Below, piece by piece: positions 62,206 to 64,000 of a DNA stretch of 64,000 bases (the stretch's first letter is position 1; the number at the start of each line of letters is the position of its first letter). The stretch is from Pavona decussata. Its lineage: Eukaryota. The notes beneath the pieces are model-generated. The model was not told the DNA's origin. It searched no databases and worked only from the letters and a program-made list of their open reading frames with translations. The position numbers were made by a program, and so were the translations under genes. The DNA lies in NCBI GenBank assembly GCA_977016875.1, contig CDRNST010000127.1:248001-312000 (forward strand), written 5' to 3'.

Positions 62206-62654
62206 TTGGTTTGAAAAAACTGGAGTCTCCCTGCCAATGGCAGAGACCTGCTTAAAACTGATGTGTCCAACCCTAGTTTTCTTAGAGCTGGTTGGATGTC
62301 TGTTGGGACTATCTGTAATGACGTCTCCAGAATTTCTTTTGCAATCTGGGGCTTGTCTTTTTGATTCAGGTGCTCTCTTTTTGACCCTGAATTTAACTGA
62401 CTTGCCTTTTGGATATCCTTTGTAGTTAGAGCTCTTTCCTCGGAAGGAGACAGACTTGCCCCCACCTCTGCTCTGAAATGAGGGCCCATGACGAAAGGGC
62501 TGAGAGCTTCTGGAATCTTGCCTAGAATACCTTTTGCCTCAGTAGACCTGAGGGGACGGCCAGGAAGTGGAACCAGTAATATGGTGTGAAATCTCCTTTG
62601 TAGATTTCCTAATCTTTGTTGCTGTACGGAGAGCCTTGTAGAACTTTTTCCCAA
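60207..62654 (-). CDS. DIRS1 pol: reverse transcriptase + RNase H + Dam-methyltransferase-like (MT) domain
   Basis: PVINLKRLN, IDLKDAY, LPFGL, YLDD; TDAS/HINALEL/DN (RNase H); IDLFA...DAF...FPPF (MT). True start uncertain. Confidence 0.93.
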   Translation of the reverse strand: MGKSSTRLSVQQQRLGNLQRRFHTILLVPLPGRPLRSTEAKGILGKIPEALSPFVMGPHFRAEVGASLSPSEERALTTKDIQKASQLNSGSKREHLNQKDKPQIAKEILETSLQIVPTDIQPALRKLGLDTSVLSRSLPLAGRLQFFQTNWRLLTQDQYILQIVTGVVIPFQQTPLQTNMPPHISHNQSEEENIEQEIAAMSQKGAIQVVSPMKGEFISPIFLVPKKDGGSRPVINLKRLNSHIVYQHFKMEGLHLLKHIIQEKDFMIKIDLKDAYFCVPMSQQHQPFLRFIWGGTRYQFTCLPFGLAPAPLYFTKLLKPVVALLRRFGLRMIVYLDDIIVFNQTRGGILRDRDSTLWLLQNLGFVINWKKSVLDPSHCMECLGFVINSMEMNLSLPKEKMNQLIQSCRDLIREKTASVRTLANVIGKLTSSMQAVLPAPLHYRPLQMLQVKGLLAGKSYETMVSLNQNCQNDLQWWVDQISTWNGPSIITPAPDLVITTDASLQGWGAVCQGVRTRGLWSQQESNTLHINALELKAALFAVRAFTAKERQLHVHLRMDNRTAVAYVLKMGGTRSSVLVGIAQELWGYALTKQITLTAEYLPGKYNHEADWESRHFWDSSSWKLNPSIFQALDQLWGPLEIDLFADRLNAQLMNYVSWFPDPFAQATDAFQIPWSKLKGYSFPPFSMICRCLAKIRKDLATIVMITPTWHTQAWYPVLLEMYCRQPVLLLPLENILMSPSQQPHPLVLQGSLQLAAWMVSGKTSLQKEFQSKLPSYSAPTPGARELRALTIAPGHSGVAGVIREKLIHFAPLWPL

Positions 62655-63473
62655 ACAAAGTCTTATGAGACTTGGTTAATGAAGTCCCGTGTTTAGTAAG
62701 AAGTTTTTAGGCTTTCTTCATGTCCCCTGTGAGGCGAAAGAGGACTGCCAGCCTATGTGTATAAGAAAAGCTTACTTTTGCCTGTCCCAGAAGAGAGACA
62801 GACTGTTCCACCAGCCTAAGGCAGTCAAATAAATCGAGATCTTCACTGGATTCCCCAGTGCGAACTTTTTCTGAAGTAAGCCATAATTTCCCAAGTGGTC
62901 CCATGACATTAGTGAGTCGGGACTGAACCTTGGATAGATTGTTGTCACTTTCACGACCATATGACTTTCCGAGAGACTCAAATATCTCGTCCAAATAATC
63001 ATCGACTGCTGGGGTTTTGAGACAATCGATACTGGGTACTGGGTTGGAATCCAGGACTGTCTCATGAATGGATTTGTCTTTTACATAAGTAGTGAATTTG
63101 TCATTCACGTATTTCACCATGCCCTTTGTCAAGTCAAGCTTGTGACAGGCTTTGGTTTCCGTGTCAAAACGCACGTATTCATCACCCTCGTGCTTCGGCG
63201 GGGTGTTGTTACTAGTATCTCGCTCAGCCAGTTTTTGACGTTTCTTGTGAGCCGTGTGTCTATATCCGACTTGCTGGAGTCACTGTCTTCACTCGATGAA
63301 GAGCCAGACTCACTGGAACTACTAGAACTGCTTGAGGACTCCTGACTTTGCCTCCGTGAAGCAGGTAACTGAGAGCCTTTCGACCGTTCCGTTGAAGGCG
63401 TGGAACTAACCCTCTTATCTGGGGTGATTGCCTCATCTGAAACCGCAGTAGAAATCTCTTCGTTATCCGCCAT
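62540..63473 (-). pseudogene. DIRS1 gag-like ORF1, disrupted (frameshift ~63260, premature TAA 62707-62709)
   Basis: MADNEE... Ser-rich N-terminus shifts into HKKRQKLAE...VRFDTE...LSKVQSRLTNVMGPLGKLW. The frame continues after TAA (KLLTKHG...TLFGKKF). End coordinate approximate. Confidence 0.75.
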
Positions 63474-64000
63474 CTGTATATTAGCTTTTCCAAGCAGGAT
63501 GGCTGAATTTGCGAAGGATTCGAGCAATTTTTGAAGCCGACGAGCAGCGGGAAGCGAACTAGCGCGAAGCCATTTTGGAGAATGAAAGGGGAGAACACGG
63601 AAGCGAGGCTCTATAGCCTCGATTTGACTTTGAAATGGCTTGAATTGGCGGGAAAACGGGGAGAATACGCTATTATATCTTATTGAGGTTTGTGAAGTGA
63701 AATCCAAAACCGAGATGGTAAGCTCCGTTATTTACAAGCTACTTAAATGTTTGATGGAAGACAGCTTCCCTGTTTCTCACGAGCTTAGAGAAGCTTGTAA
63801 ACTACAAGAACGAGATCAACACGAAGGAACAGATAAAACACCCCTTGTTTCCCCATGTTATGTCACACTTTCCACGCGAATTAGAGAAACGAAACAGAGC
63901 ATGGTCACGCCACCGACAATTCTGTCTGCGAAGTGACAGAAAAGGCGAAAGAAGACACAGATTTCGCAGGCTACTACAAACCTTTTAATACTCGTAAACA

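Larger units (their letters stand above)
58688..63703 (-). mobile_element. DIRS1-type tyrosine-recombinase retrotransposon, full-length structure
   Basis: Overlapping gag, RT-RH-MT and YR ORFs. Inverted terminal repeats at 58755-58855 and 63572-63684. ICR at 59262-59378 is complementary to both ends. TGAAAT at both termini. Confidence 0.95.

Noticed and set aside
58666-63582. GCCATTTTGGAGAA shared by the MITE TIR and the inner edge of the DIRS 5' ITR
   Set aside because: Only 14 nt and built on the common GCCATTTT (YY1-type) motif; not enough to link the two elements.

Overview
Eukaryotic, AT-rich animal DNA. The repeat landscape and gene style suggest a cnidarian, probably a stony coral (inference). 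About 54 kb is one minus-strand gene, which I rebuilt by hand as 22 coding exons with GT..AG boundaries. It runs from a signal-peptide exon at 54441 down to 584 and continues past the window start. Every intron is phase 1 and every internal exon length is a multiple of 3. The exons give 34,540 coding nt (>11,500 aa) of a secreted or surface protein with about 33 eight-cysteine PAN/apple-fold (MANSC/MANEC-like) modules. These are separated by S/T/P-rich mucin-like, basic/His-rich and coiled-coil linkers, with two LamG/ConA-like domains in the C-terminal part and at least three EGF domains at the end. One exon is 19,368 nt long. Upstream (58688-63703, minus strand) is a structurally complete DIRS1-type tyrosine-recombinase retrotransposon with ITRs, an ICR and an intact RT/RNaseH/methyltransferase-like ORF, but disrupted gag and YR. 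Introns and intergenic DNA hold many MITEs, a 106-bp tandem repeat, a tRNA-like gene inside inverted repeats, and a candidate minimal hammerhead ribozyme.
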